Positions 25,635-40,689 of a stretch of DNA of 64,000 nt are shown in pieces. Numbering within the stretch: position 1 is the first letter of the stretch; the number at the start of each line of letters is the position of its first letter. Made by a program: the position numbers and the translations under genes. Under the pieces are notes generated by a model that saw only the letters and a program-made list of their open reading frames with translations, did no database searches and had not been told where the DNA came from. Origin of the DNA: Chrysomallon squamiferum (Eukaryota; Animalia; Mollusca); NCBI GenBank assembly GCA_012295275.1, contig CM022671.1, positions 15,438,001-15,502,000 on the forward strand, in the 5' to 3' direction.

Positions 25635-27474
25635 CTCACACCTCCCAACAATGGCGGTATCACTAGTTAATAGCGTATGTGTTTTGTTGTCTTGTAGATA
25701 CAGAAAGCACTGACTAGGATAACGTACCTTTCTCCAAGACGGCTTCTCTTTACAAGAAAAGCACGGTCTTGTCAGTTGATACCAGGCATAACTTTATCAA
25801 CAGCTCATCATGCTACCTTTTTGAAAATTCATTACCTTTTTTACGCCTTTCATTATAGCATATATAATTACCATTTCGTTAAACAAAATAATAATAATAA
25901 TATATATATATATATATTATATGGCGCGCGCACACACACATACAAACACGTTTTAGCAAGAAATTCATTTCTATTATTTATAAGATTCCAAAAATATTGC
26001 ATCTTTACGATACCTGAATAATATAATATACACTGGACTCTATGTGTGTGTAAATAATTGATTTGTCCTGTAATAATCGGATACCAAGGCAGCAGTTTTA
26101 CCAATGATAAAAAACAACAACAACAACAACAACATTAACAACAAAAATCCCTACAAAACAGCTTTTTCTTTTATTTCATTATTTTCAAAAACATGTATTT
26201 ATTTATTTTTTTATTTTTTAAAAATCTAGCCATCTCTATGCATACATGAACGTTGTTACTTTAGTTTGTGATATGATGTCTGCTCGAGTTCATACCTGCT
26301 GTTTCAGTGAAAGTACCAAATCATGGTTTGGTATTTTATCATATAATCTTGTCTCTGGTTTGCAGATTAATCCCAGTTTTCGAAAACAAAGCTGAAGTAT
26401 ATCGGTAAAAATTACAGCACGTGACATTTTTATGTTCTTAGCGTGTACTTTTATTCAGAACCGCCCGTAGGCACACGCACCACTCACTCCAATGCGTCTA
26501 GCAAATTTGTAAATAAAATCGATATAGCGACAGTTATAATTGAATTTTGACGCAGAATAACCACTGGTTGTGCGTGTACCTTTTAGAAAGCTGCTGACAT
26601 TATTACTGTTACTAAAAGCCATATCTCTAAATCACATTAAATATTCAAATAACCTTAGTTGAAGGTCAAATACTAAGGGAGATAAATCGTCACATTTTGT
26701 TTTTCTTTCTTTCTTTTTTTTTTTTTTTTTAGTGCTAAAACAAAAAAAAATATTTTAATAATTTCTGTGGCTAACAAATACCTCAAAAGTTATTCAAAAA
26801 TGTATAAATGTACATAAAATGTTTATCGTTTATTATTTTTATTATTTCAGTAATTACATAATCATATATGTATGAAAAAAACCTTTTTTTTCTTAACATT
26901 AAATTCATGCTTGTGAATATTTATCAGCTGTTGCTACTTTAAAAACTGAATGTCAGCTGGTAATAATGAAAAATGTATATTTAATACCACCCACAGAAAG
27001 AAAAAAAAAAAAAAAAAAAAAAAAGGGGGGAAAAAAAGAAGAAAAAAAAGAAAGAAGAAAAAAGAAAGAAAAACAGGTAGAGTTATTTTAACAACGGAAT
27101 CTGCGTCAGATATAATGTTAGCAGAATGAAATAACGCTACTAGTAATCAACATTTTTCTGTTAATCCTATCTACTTTATTTGTTCGTTGTAGCTGATTTT
27201 ATTATCATCAGAAACAATATTTTCTGTACGAGCTATTACAGTCTTGTATTACCGAGGAAACAAACGTGTTATAAGGGTCGAATTATGCTTTAGTTCAGTC
27301 ACAGGAATGAATGAAAATTTCACATTTTTGTTGTAATTATTACAAGAATAATATTGATAACGCTCCCATAATAATACCATATCGATTGTGTTAGAAGCAA
27401 TTTTTTTTTTTTTTTTTTTTTTTTAAATATATGTTTATTTTTTTTTATTTTTTTTTTTTTTTTTTTAAATATAT

Positions 27475-27511
<37 letters not shown>

Positions 27512-27800
27512 GAAGAGACGTATCAGATTGGAGGAGATTTACCATAACGATTACTTGAAATGTACATACTTTATGCAGCTGTCCACGTCGATAAGTGGTA
27601 CAATTACCATCCATCAAACGTTCATTTCCTAGATGAACCAGCATTAATCGACTCTCAGATATTATTACCAGTCGTGTTCACCACACGCTGATGGACAGAG
27701 AAATTTATTTACTTTTAGTCGCTCCTGCACCGAAATAAGAGCGACATACGTAATTCATGTGACATTACGATTTTCAGGAAGAAGAAATAAAAACACAGAG

Positions 27801-27832
<32 letters not shown>

Positions 27833-27835
27833 GAA

Positions 27836-28811
27836 GAAGGAAATGCATGAACAAAGTATGGATAAGAGTGGTCAAAGATAATCATTAATCAGTAATGGCG
27901 GTGTTATAAAAAGCTATATTATGACAGATATTAACGTATGAGATATCGAACATTTACTCTTAAATGTTTTAAAAGTATGTTTAATAATTTTAACCTATTC
28001 ACAACTGGTTCTGTTAACAGTACATTCAGGTTTCCTTGTTTCAACTTGAAATATGCCTTTGCAGATAATTCTTTTAAGAGTTTTGAATTCTGTTTGTGTT
28101 TGACGTCATTGATGTATATATAATGTAATAATGTCATTGTATAACACACACACACACATATATACACATCACACAAACATAAAAATCCAAATTTATTATG
28201 ATTATGATTATTATTTGTTATCAACAAACTTTGCAATTATAGAATAAGATAGGTATATTCAAATAACTTTAAACTCTACTTACAATTTATATTATCAAAA
28301 GTTTTCAAAATGATTATTAAAATAGTTGTAAAACTTGATTTAAGAATACATTTTTCTATTCGATAATATTACATTCGGAAGCTTTAGCTCTTGATAATTA
28401 TATATATTTTTAAATAAACCGAATATATATATTTGTGTTCATGATACCACATTAAAAAAATTTTGAAATAATAATAAAAATAATATTAATAATAAAGTGG
28501 TCGATCTATAATAAAAGCTTTTATGTATTATACGATGACATTATTACATTAAATATACATCAATTACGTCAAAGTATAAACAGAATTCAAAACTCTTAAA
28601 AGAATTATTTGCAGAGGCATATTTCAAATGTTACCAGAATCAGCTGTGACTGGATTAAAATTATTAAACATGTTTTTAAAACATTAAAGAGTGAATATTC
28701 GATATCTTATACGTTAATATCTTTCATATTATAGCTATTTATAGCATGGCCATTACTGATCATGATTATCTTTGATCACACTTATACACACTTTGTTTAT
28801 GCATTTCCTAC
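27836..28811. repeat. ~1-kb foldback: ~300-bp inverted arms (27836-~28145 and ~28527-28811)
   Basis: The arms align along their length, including a perfect 31-bp inverted match (28065-28095 / 28578-28608). The left arm has a short insertion. Confidence 0.9.
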
Positions 28812-30109
28812 TTTTTTTTTCTTTTTTTCAAAACTGCTTTGACATATTTTAAGGATCAATATATCCAAACCAGTTTCAGATAAATAATTAAAATTATATT
28901 TTAAAAAATTTGTTAAATTATGTAGGGTTTAGTACAATTCGTTTTTATAATAAACTTCTTTTGTCAAAATTTAATTTTTTTAATTAAAAAAGAAATATGT
29001 ATATATAAACAGATATACACATTTCTTTTTTATAAATAAATTTCGAGTTTATCAGATTATATCTGTTTTATATTAAAATCAAACAAGTAGTGTCAATGTG
29101 AAAATAGATTTACTATACAATAAGTAAAGAGATGATGCTGATTATCGGACTGAAACAAAGTACTGTCTGAGCGTTTTGTCATCTTGTCAACTCTTCAGCG
29201 CCGAAGATGTCTCATTTATTTTGTCTCACTCACCAACAGTGAGACAGATATAAAAATAAGTTAGAAAAAAAAAACAACAATTTCGCCAAGTAGCCAGATG
29301 TTTTGATGAGTGGAACTGATTACCAGCTAATCTTTCTTGATAACACAATGTGCCCTGACAGTCTGTCGAGATGTTTCTCTTTTTGAAATCTGAAACTCGT
29401 TCAGTGTTTCTACGCAGGATTCTAAACCTACTTAATGATAACAGTTTAAGCGAATTTTTATAATTTTTTATAATAATTAGTGCAGAGAACTAGAAATCTT
29501 AAATCATAAATTACAGTATTCAAAAATGAAATTTGTATTTAATTAATATCACCAATACGTTTATAACTTAATGCTATATTTATTAGTGTAGAGGATTCAG
29601 CAAAAGCAGCATTAGTAATAAAATATTGTCCATCTTTTTTTCTTCTTTTTTTCCAGTTATACATGTATTGATTAGTTCGTCAAATTTGTTTTTGAACATT
29701 TAAAAAATAAATAAAAATAAAATCGTTGGTGATTATTGAAGGATTTTGCGATTAAGACAACTCCGTGTTAATAAAACCCAGTTTACACATTGTGGGATGA
29801 AGGTTTAATTCAACTATCTTGATTGATTGCAAATAAATCTGTTTTCTTCGTGTACTGGAAATAACTTGAGACCTAATCCGTCAGCTTGCAGATTAATACA
29901 GACTAGAGTTTCATTCAGTACGCTGAAGACATTTTTTCTTTCTTTCTTTAATTTTTCTTTCGTTCTTTTCTATATGTATTTTTTTATTTATTTATTTTTT
30001 TATTCTATTCTAATTTTTATTTATTTGTGTAGATATTAATGGTGGTGAGTAAAATGATTAAGAATAATAATTAAGAGTTTTATAAATCTTTCTTGTAAAT
30101 TAATCTATA

Positions 30110-30835
30110 TTAGGTTATTATAGCTAACAACATGAACATTCTGAAGGAGAATATTTAAAAAATAAATTTTATGATGATAAATTTTCCAGATCACTGCTTT
30201 GTAACGAATGTCATAAACTGCTATGATAAACTTTCTGAACGTACATTTTAAAGACATTAATTTTCGATAAATACAGATTACTGCTCTATAGCGAAAAGTG
30301 TAGCTACTAACAGAATCTTTTTGAATTAGCATATTCTGAAAATAAATTTAAATATTAGTTTGCAACCTACACTTTGCCATGTAATAAAAATCATAACTAC
30401 TAACATAAACTTTCTGAAGCAGCATATTATGAAGATAAATTTTATGGATATTAATTTTCGCGAAAATCACATCACTATATAACGAAAATAAACTTTTGGA
30501 AGCAGCAGTTTCTGAAAATACACTTAATAATAGTACATTTTTAGACCACTACCAGGTAAGAAAATCAAAAATCTTTCTGAAACATAAATTCTGAAAATAA
30601 ATTTTAAAAATGTTAAATTTTTCAGATCATTGCTACGTAACGAAAATCATGGGCTATATGTAGAAACTGTTTGAAACAGCTATTTCTGATATTTTTAATT
30701 TTTATTTTTTTTACATCGTTTCTCTGTAATGAAAATCATAGCTACTGATATAAATAATTTTGATACATGAACTTCTGAAGACGGAGTTTGTGATGTTAAT
30801 CTACACAAACTACAGAACACTGTTACGAAAATGTT
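30110..30835. repeat. Degenerate tandem repeat (~90-bp unit)
   Basis: Recurrent cagatcactgct..gtaacgaaaatcatagctact..ataaactttctgaa..ttctgaaaataaattt motifs. Confidence 0.6.
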
Positions 30836-31224
30836 TGTTCACTTGACATTTCACCGTCGCTTTTGTTATAACGTCATTACTTGCATCACTCAGACCTGTC
30901 CGTTATTGAATTACGCTGTCTTCAACATACATTCATTACTTAAGTAACCTGCGTAGAACAGACGCTTAAGTGGCACAGACCTAGTAACGTTATAAATAAG
31001 ATTATTTCGATAGTTATTAATTTTATTATATGTCAATAATAATTAATATGTTTATAAAATTATTAAGAAATCTAATATAACACACACATATACACACACA
31101 CACAAAAAACAAACAAATCACTGAATTAAAAATAATAATAACAGTAACAACAAAACAATAATAATAATAACAATAGAAGTATTAATATTAATATTAATAA
31201 TAGTAGTACAAGTAACAGTAGTAG

Positions 31225-31255
<31 letters not shown>

Positions 31256-32721
31256 AAAAAAACAAGATTCATTTTATTGCGATCATCGTTATTGCACTTT
31301 TTGCAATTAAGCAAACCAGAAGTCATCCAAGAGAAATTTGGTTAGAGGCAAAGAAAATATTTTCGCGTTAAAATTTAGTTTTATTTGTTTATTTACAATC
31401 GTTGAGGAAAAAAAAAAAAAAAACAACTCAATTAATGGTTTGGAATATTTTATGCGGCAGTTATAATAACTAAGGTGCTAGAATTCGAGACACTCCCCCC
31501 TGTCTCATTGATGTGTCAAATTATATTTTTCAACAGATTAAAAATTTTTTTTTGTTTCTGTGGACTCAGTGGGTCTGCTGTTTTCTTAGACATACAACAG
31601 AACAGATCATTTGCATGTAGTAAAGCTGAAACAATGCAGTTACACCTGTTATCTACTAGACTATTAAAATGTCGGAAAGCATTATACAGATACTCTAACA
31701 TAATTATTCGATCGTAATTGCTATACTTTAGATATAATATTTAAAAACTGTTAAAGTTATGAAATAAATATACATAATTACGGTAATCAACCTTAAAATG
31801 ATGGTCAAATAACTGTACTTGAGGTTTTGACTATTTGCAATGACTCTCAATGTAGTAAATAAGTATTAATATGTTTTCAAACTCCATTCCTAACAAGATG
31901 TCTGACGTCATGGAATCTGTGATACGAAATGTTTCACAAACAGCGTTTGACCCTCGAAATCGGTTCCATAATAAATGTGTCTGTTGACAGTTACTGATTA
32001 AAATGTATTAAAACAGTTCTAAATATGATACAGAAGTGTTTTCTTGCTCTCTTCTTATTATTATACACCTAAGTTATACGGTAACAACAATTTATAATAT
32101 GATATGAAAGTTTTGACAAACCCATATCATTTCAATATCTTTGCGCGTAAAAGCTATATATATATATATATATATATATTTATGTATGTATTTTTTAGAA
32201 CTAGTTTTACTCAAATTTTTCTTGTTATCAGTGACTGTTTTAGAAAATATTTGGCTTTATTTTTATCTATTGATTTATCTTTGATTACTAATTAGGCTGA
32301 AAACATTCCTTTTTCTTAGCTTTTTATTTTTTTTTATTTTTTATTTTTTGCCTTTGATCTGCCGTCTCGAATAATATCAAAGACATTAATACAGGAAAAA
32401 ACTATACATTATTTCCAGAAATGTTTTCTTTGAATGCTGGGATCAAATGAAGAAAACAATTAGTACTACGACTGTTAATACGAGATTGATACTATTTTGA
32501 TGTGTAATTTAAAAATGAAAACTATTTTAAGTTATCGGATACCAAAATTTTGGAATATTACTTAGCCTAGGTTTTTACAAAGAAAAATTTATCAACTGTG
32601 TAACTGCAGTTTATTACTAAACTATTCTAATGGAAACTAGAAAACTGCTTGCTACATGAACAGGTGATTATTCAAGTTTTCACAATGACCTTCTGTTATA
32701 TAGTAACAACAACAGTAGCGA

Positions 32722-32763
<42 letters not shown>

Positions 32764-33195
32764 AGATATATATATATATATATATAAAAAAAAATTAAAA
32801 ATATATTAAACAGCAGTATCAGCAGACTAGTCGGTACTGGTACGTGAAATGTGGTTGTGCAAATGGCAGTGCGACTCTCAGCATCAAACACCTCATTTCT
32901 TATTCTGTTTCATTCCCATCAGGCTATATTCATTACAATAGCGTTAGCAGTGTCCACGGCTAAGCATTAACTTTCATCTACAACTGTGTGCTTTATTGTT
33001 CAATCCCAAAATACAAAATTTATAATTTTTCGCTGATCGTACCTTTATATTCTGTGATATGTAAGGATTATGCCAAAACAAACCCTCCCCCCCTCAAAAA
33101 AAAAAAAAACCCAGGCAAGTTGGTGTTGTTTTTAGACTTGTTATTCATTTAGAATAAATAAAAACTGTATTTACAGTATTTATATATATATAAAA

Positions 33196-33658
33196 CTGTG
33201 GTACCTTCACTTGCTTTGAGTTGCGAGCCAAAATTCGAGTTACGAGCGAGTTTCAAATACGCCGCCGTTAATTGGCGCAGTGAACAACACAACATCCGCC
33301 CAGAATCCCGCGTCTCACTTTGCACCCGGCGGAAGCATCGCTGTTGTGTTGTTCTCGCGTTTTCTGCAGTATTTTGCCAAATTCTTTTTTTTTTTCTGAC
33401 CATGGATCCTAAGAAAGTGAGTGCAAAGGACAGTGTTGAGAAGAAGAAGCAGATGATGTCCATTGAACTGAAGATTGAAATCTTAGGAAAACATCAGAGA
33501 TGTATGCATGTAGTCGACTCGGCTAGGTAGTACATGCATAGTACTTCTACGATATGTACCATACTGAAGCAGGAGTCGATGCAAGCTGTAATTCCAGCCA
33601 AAGGCGTTAGGATAATTTGTCGGATCTCCAATATAAATACAATTTATTTCTTTACAAT

Positions 33659-33694
<36 letters not shown>

Positions 33695-33863
33695 CAATAT
33701 TTGTCATTTATAAATATATTTTTCTTATTTAAAAACATGTAACAAAAACAAAAATATGGTATTTGTATTAATTTCAGTTGTGAAAATTGATTTGATATAC
33801 GAGCAAATTGAGATACGATCTCGGTCACGGAACGAATTAAACTCGTAAGTCAAGGTACCACTG
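33196..33863 (+). mobile_element. Internally deleted Tigger/pogo-family DNA transposon
   Basis: TIRs CTGTGGTACCTTCACT / AGTCAAGGTACCACTG (14/16 match). From 33402 it reads MDPKKVSAKDSVEKKKQMMSIELKIEILGKH...AR*YMHSTSTICTILKQ, the N-terminal HTH of a TIGD/Tigger transposase with an in-frame stop. Confidence 0.85.
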
Positions 33864-34718
33864 TGTGTGGATATATATATAAATTTGGCAAAATATATAT
33901 TAGAGGCAATTTCCTCTCTTCTGTTTATTGCAGATGAGAGTACATACCGTATAAACATTTAAAAATATAGTAATTTTTAGGTGACATTAAAGCAATACCT
34001 AACGGTGTTGACACAAACCCACTATACAGTATGGAATATCGTGAAGTAGCTGTTTCTTGTCCTAAGAACCTAACTTGGTCGTTAAGAGAGAAGAGTCTGC
34101 ATTATTTATTCATTATTAAAAAATGGAATGAAAAACAAAAAGTCAAGTGAATATATATATATATATATTAGTGTTCTTTTTCTATTCCATTAGTATTATT
34201 ATTATTATTTTTATAATATTAGAAATCGAATTTTAAATGAAAGCGAATACAAAATAATCTCCAGTTGTATTCGGCAGCTACGCTGAGTCAAAATTATTTA
34301 AAAATTAATACTGTTTCCGCATTCTTTTTATGGAATCTAACTCACTTAATCATTTTCGCTGAGTTTCAAAGTCAAGAATACTGTGCTGGGCCTGCAATAA
34401 ATCGAAGATTAAGATCGAAAGCGATGATTTGAGATACAACTAGTTTGTCGATAGTGTTCGTGGCTGAGTGACAAGCCTGGGGTTAATTAGCCTAAATGAA
34501 CTGGTACAATCCAATCAGCAGAAGGAAGCATGTGTATTTGTTCTGAAGTCAGATCTCATTTATTTGACGTGTTCGTTATCTAATGAAACATATATCTCTG
34601 CTAACAGGAGTCAAGGGAGTATTTTCACTTTAATAGTGACAACTGACGATGAAGATATTACAACAAAAAAAAAGAAAGAATGAAAAACAAAACACAAACA
34701 ATAATACACTGCATGAAA

Positions 34719-34813
<95 letters not shown>

Positions 34814-37663
34814 AATTTCTTATTTTCATTTCCCTAAATTATTTTATCTGAAAATTGCAAAATGAGTGGAAATACATTAACTTTATACAATTACATTAAC
34901 TAATAAACACTTGGAAATGCATTATACTTAACAACACATTAAAGTATCAGCTCCTTTATTACAGGAATTTGTCAAACACATTCTCTGGAGAGATAAACAA
35001 ATACCTTTCTCTGACGCTGTCTTATTAATATTAAATGCGTTTCGCCATATTTTATTTTCACTGAATAGTTAGAATCAGCTAAACCATCTCTAGTTCCCAA
35101 GAGTACAGATATCTCCGATGACACTGTGACAGAATAAATCAATAATTCAATGACATATATAATTAGCTGATCTGATGGACCTACAGAAAACCGTCAGATA
35201 TGGAATTAGGTTCTGACAGATTATCGTCACTTGGCTGGTCATACCACAGCTGTTGTATATTCTCTCCCTAAATTCAGTGTAATAACTTACATGTACACGA
35301 TTTCATTAAATTTTCACTATGACGGAAGCAGATATCTTTTCAGTACTTTTACTGCACAGTATTTCACGCTTCTAAACACAAATTGCAAAGCTGTTTTTTT
35401 TTGCTTCCTTTAATTCTTTTCAAAACTGTATTACTTACCAGTAAGATTAACAAAATTCATTCAAACATTGTATAACCGCCCCAGGTTTTTAATAACAGTG
35501 TTTGACTATATTTGATACTGTTGTCAATAAATAATTTTACAGGACTTAGCAAGAAATTTGTTGTTTTAGCAATTTGCGTAAATCTACCACACCTTCGAGA
35601 GATAATTACACGTTCATGTTTCTGTGAGAGAACCACAGGATTTTAGCCTCAAACGAAACGATTTTGTGTCATAAACTCTGTACACGCCTTCTAGTAAGAA
35701 GAATTTTAAAAATATATATATTATTTTTGAAATGTTACTGTCGATAAGCCTTGTTTGGGCACCATCTTTTGAAACTTAATTCCAGTCATTCCTCTCGAAA
35801 TAAAATTAATGTAATTCTAGTAGCTTTATTTTCAGCTGTTATTATTAGTATTAGTATTAGTATTAGTGTAGTAATACTAGTAGCAGTAGTAGTATATATT
35901 AATACTTTTTTTTAATTTATTATTTATTTTTTATTTTTATTCTTTCTTCTTTTTATTTTGTTTATTTGTTTCTTTTTTTTTTAATAATATTTTTATAGTG
36001 GATCAAATTAGCAAAGACCCCTGATTCGAGTGTTCTTCAAGAATGAATTCTGTGACAAAACACAGAGAAGGAAACATTGGTGATGCCATACACATGCTTG
36101 TAATTCCTTCTTACAGCAGTCACTCACGACCCTGCTCATCACAGAACACAGTGATAGAAAGGGCATTGGGAACATACTGTAGGCTTCACTGATAGGTGAA
36201 TTAGAATATCATTTATTGTACTTTCTATTTACTTAATGAGTTTAGCTTTATTTTAGTAATTATTATTAGTGTGGTGTTTTCGGTGTCACTTCTGCTATGG
36301 AGAGTGGGCGAAGCTCTTTCTCTCTCATCATCCCACGTATAAAACATCACGTTTAAGTATTTAAAAAATAATTATTTAATATTATTAATAACCTTCATCT
36401 ACTTCACCACAAACTTCAGCTTTTTATCAAATCAGCTTTCTTTTCAGTAACATTTATTTTAACCGTATACTCCATTATATAGAAATAATTTCTATTAGGA
36501 TGTGCCCCTGACATATCTGAATACAACTCAAACCACGGTGTATGGTTGGTTATTCACTCATCCTATTAAAAATGTCACTTCATTTCGTTTCCGTGGCTAG
36601 TTTTCATTTAAAACACTTAAAACAATCTGAATGGGTTTGAGGAAAACGATCGCAATACATTCGGCCCCATCATAGTTAATGAATTCAATTAGTGGTCGTA
36701 ACATTGGTGGTAGTTGTGATGGTGGTTGTGGTGGCTGTGGCTATTACAGCGTTGTCCTCATTCGATGCTGACAACGGCTTTACGATTTATTATTCAGTAG
36801 TAAAAGAAAACTGTAATTATGTTGAGGATGACATTCGTTCAGATATAACATTTCGCTGCTCGGTGTGATTGTATTACTGCTATTATCTATGATGCATTGT
36901 TTCTGTGATGTCAATGCTAGGTGAAAACGCTGTTGTTTTCGCAGTTTCAGTACGATTCTTTTATTTTAGTTGAGTATGCCGAATACAGAATTAGGAACTG
37001 ACTGGTGAAAAAAAAAAAAACCCATGTAATTAGGTACTGAAGCATGCAGTAATAACGCGTTCTGCATGTCAACGGATGAAAATAATTACACGCATGCATT
37101 CTAGAATTAATGGATTGTGAGAAACACGTTCTTTGCTTTCGTATTTTGTACCGAAAAACCGCGATTTACGGACCTCAAGCGAACAAAAATTTGGCTAATT
37201 TCTCGAGGCACCAAGGAAGTGCTTGAAGTGCCCTGTTACGAAGTATGCTATCCGTAATTCACATGTTTCTGTATAATAAATCAGAAGGGGTGGATGAATC
37301 ACACACATGTATACACTAAGTATGTTAGTTCGGAAAGGCCAATGACTGAATTAATATAGATGAATTTAATTTTTTTTATATTTATGCCATTTGATGTCAA
37401 ATAGTTATCGTTTAATGTCTACAATAAGCGTTTCAGTATTATATTATTATTATTATTATTATTATTATTTTTTTTTTTTTTGTATCTTTCTAACGGCAAC
37501 CAAATGACTTCCGGTTCGTCTGCTAGTGGTGTACGTCATTTTTCGTTGATGTAATATAATTTGTGAGAAGTCTTCTGTTTTATTAAATTTTTCATTCTTG
37601 TTTATTTATTTAAGAAGACTTATCACTAGCTGAAATAGTAGAATTAATTATACAGGCCTACAA

Positions 37664-37705
<42 letters not shown>

Positions 37706-38161
37706 TTTAAATACCTCTATAATTTAGAATCACTGATATTGCTATATCTGTTTAATTGAGAGTCGTCTGTAAAACAATTATGTGTAACATTTTAATCAAA
37801 CACTAACATCACTATTCCCTCGAGCAATGCATTTCTATGAGTTTTTTCCCCATTCTAACCAAAGATCCTTGACTTTCAGTGCATGCAAACTGAAGATAAT
37901 AGATTAATGTTCTCTTAATCGGTAAGAATATTCCAGAGCAGTGGTTCTCAGTTTTTCTCCTGTTTCGGTCGCGGGTTGAACCAGTTTATTAAATTTGTTC
38001 GATCGTTTAAAGATGTCAGCCATTAAACAATTATTAGTAAATTGTAATGCATTGTATGCCATGGTTACAATGATTAAGTTGAAAAGCTGGAGAGAAATTC
38101 TATTAATCGTAAAAAAAAAAAAAAAAAAAAAAAGGAAGAAAAGAAAACAAATAATAAAAAA

Positions 38162-38196
<35 letters not shown>

Positions 38197-38519
38197 TAAT
38201 AATAATAATAATAATAATAAAAAAATTAGATTCTCTTTGTCAAGAATGTCAACGTAGAGAATTCCCGAAATGCTGCTTTAGATTTTTTAATTTTTCAATT
38301 TTTGGTTTGTTTGTGAAATAGATGATATAGAGTTCAGTTTTCATTTCAAAGAACTTCAGTAACAGCATTTACAACTTGAAAATCATAATACATGAAAAAA
38401 GAATATTTACTCACAGCTAACTGTCCAGATAACTATCATACAGTACTTTTGTTTTGTTTTGAACGAAACATACCATCCTCGTGCAAAAACTAATTGTTTT
38501 CATTTCTCTAGTAAATATC

Positions 38520-38855
38520 AAACTACACTTGAAGTCCTTGAACGCAGCACGTCAAATATGACTGCGACTTGCCAATGCATGGAAGAAGCAGATCTTGTTG
38601 ATTCTACAGTGCCAACGGACATATTGTATCAGTCACATTTTGTAATTAGGCACTGTAATATGTACCTTGAAGCAGTCTGTCCATGTTATATGTGGCCCAC
38701 TTTCACTTTCCATCCATGAAACCTTGCAAAACGAGGCCCCAGGGAGCAGGTTCGCTTTTCTTCTGATCAAATGACTTTGTAATATCAGTCTCGTATGTCG
38801 CAGTGGGAGGAGGGTTCTTCTCCCTGGGTGGCTGTCACAGGCCACCTCACCCATG
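38520..38855 (-). mobile_element. Decayed 3' end of an RTE-type LINE
   Basis: Frameshifted minus-strand pieces HLIRRK / LVLQGFMDGK*K / GPHITWTD resemble the RTE ORF C-terminus (GH..R...G...GKR..GRP..TW.D). Confidence 0.45.
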
Positions 38856-39090
38856 TTATTACTATAAACAAACAATAAAATGCGAAACAAAGCAAATTAT
38901 ATTCTGTAATAAAGGACATCCCTTATGAAGTTATGCTGCACGCTAATATTAATATTATAAATATATGAATATAACTGTTAAAATTAAAAATAAAGAAGTG
39001 AAAGTAAATTATAATGTTTCGACATAATAATAATAATGCTGATGATGATACTAATAAGAATAATAAATATAATAATATATAATACATATA

Positions 39091-39194
39091 CAGGGTGATC
39101 CAAAAGTAGGTGGACAGTAAATGATAATATTTATTTTGAGATTATATATAGAATTATATTTACTCGAAAAAAAAAAAAAAAAAAAAATTAATAA

Positions 39195-39246
<52 letters not shown>

Positions 39247-39389
39247 CTAAAAAGAAAACAGATTAAATTTAAATAATTGTTGTTATAAAGTTTTGAATAA
39301 TATAGCACAAGTACCATAGTTATAATGAACACCATTGTAATAATATAACCCTTACCCACATACTGTCCACCTACTTTTGGACCACCCTG
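39091..39389. mobile_element. Tc1/mariner-type MITE
   Basis: 29-bp TIRs CAGGGTGATCCAAAAGTAGGTGGACAGTA (1 mismatch), TA on both sides, AT-rich interior. Confidence 0.9.
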
Positions 39390-40689
39390 TATATATACAC
39401 ATATATATATATACATGTATAGAAGGATAGTTTCCTTTCAGGATCTATCAAACAAAAAAATGTCTAGAACGAGCCAAGTAACTTTATAATAGATCTGTAA
39501 ATGCTTCTTCAAAAACTTAGTATTTCGATCTTCAACATACATGCAAACAGCTCCACACAATACACAGGTACAAAACACCGTTCACGCAAAGACAATCTGG
39601 AATACGACAATAAATAAAAGAATGTGCATTCCAATTGTTTATTTAAAATTTTAATTGTAATGTTAAACAAACTAACTCATTTTATGAGGCAAGTATCTGA
39701 GTAAAAATGTCTACTCGGGTTCTCAACGAAACGATGTCTGCAGCAGACTGATTAATTAGCAAGCAAACCCTTCCAACTCGTCATCTCTCACTCTAAGCAT
39801 TAAATACACTGGTGCCCAGAAAGTCCTTCACGTTACGTGTTTATTCACGTTGTTTTTATTTCAGCCAGTGTTATCAGTGTAATGGTAGCCATGCAGACGC
39901 CTAGTTACTTTGAGTCATATTCCTCTTGAATGAATCCAGAGTATGTGCTTCTAATATGCATCTTACGCAATTTTGAACAACAACAAAAAAAAAAAAAAAA
40001 AAAAAAAAAAGAAATAATAAAATAAAATAAAATAAAATAAAAAAATACAGAAATAAAATAAAAATAAAAATAAAAAGATAAACAAATAAATTTTAAAAAT
40101 TAAAAATAAAAGAAATCAATAAAAAAATACTAAATAATTAAAGAAAAATTAATAATAATAAAAAATATTAAAATAAATTATAAAATATAAAATAAATGAT
40201 AATAATAATAATAAAATAAAATAAAATAAAACCATCATTAAAATAAAATAAAACATAAAATGAAATAAAACTAAAATTATAAATAAAAACAAATATGTAT
40301 TCAAAACAATCCGGTTTTAAGATGCACTTTTCTGCGAGATTTCATAATGTTTGCAACGTCTTACAGAAAATTAAAGAAAAATTCAATTTACTACGAACTG
40401 GATATCTGCAACATATTCCTTATATGGAACATTTTAACATATTGATTAATTTAAGTAGTTACTGCTGAGTTTTTGTTTCCTTCCTGTAAAACGCATTCTG
40501 TTAGCAGACAGATGTCATATTTAGAATGAAGTCATTCGCGTTCGAGTTCTAACGTTAACACTGCCTTTAGAAAAGAATATAGTGAACATGAAGCCGTTAT
40601 ATGCTACAGTGAATTTCTGGATCAGCGTCACGCACGACTAGTCAAACACTTTCCACAGGGTTTCATACGCCTGCTTAATGCTGTGTTGC

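Noticed and set aside
37939-38090. hAT-like end CAGTGGTTCTCA
   Set aside because: No matching right TIR or TSD found
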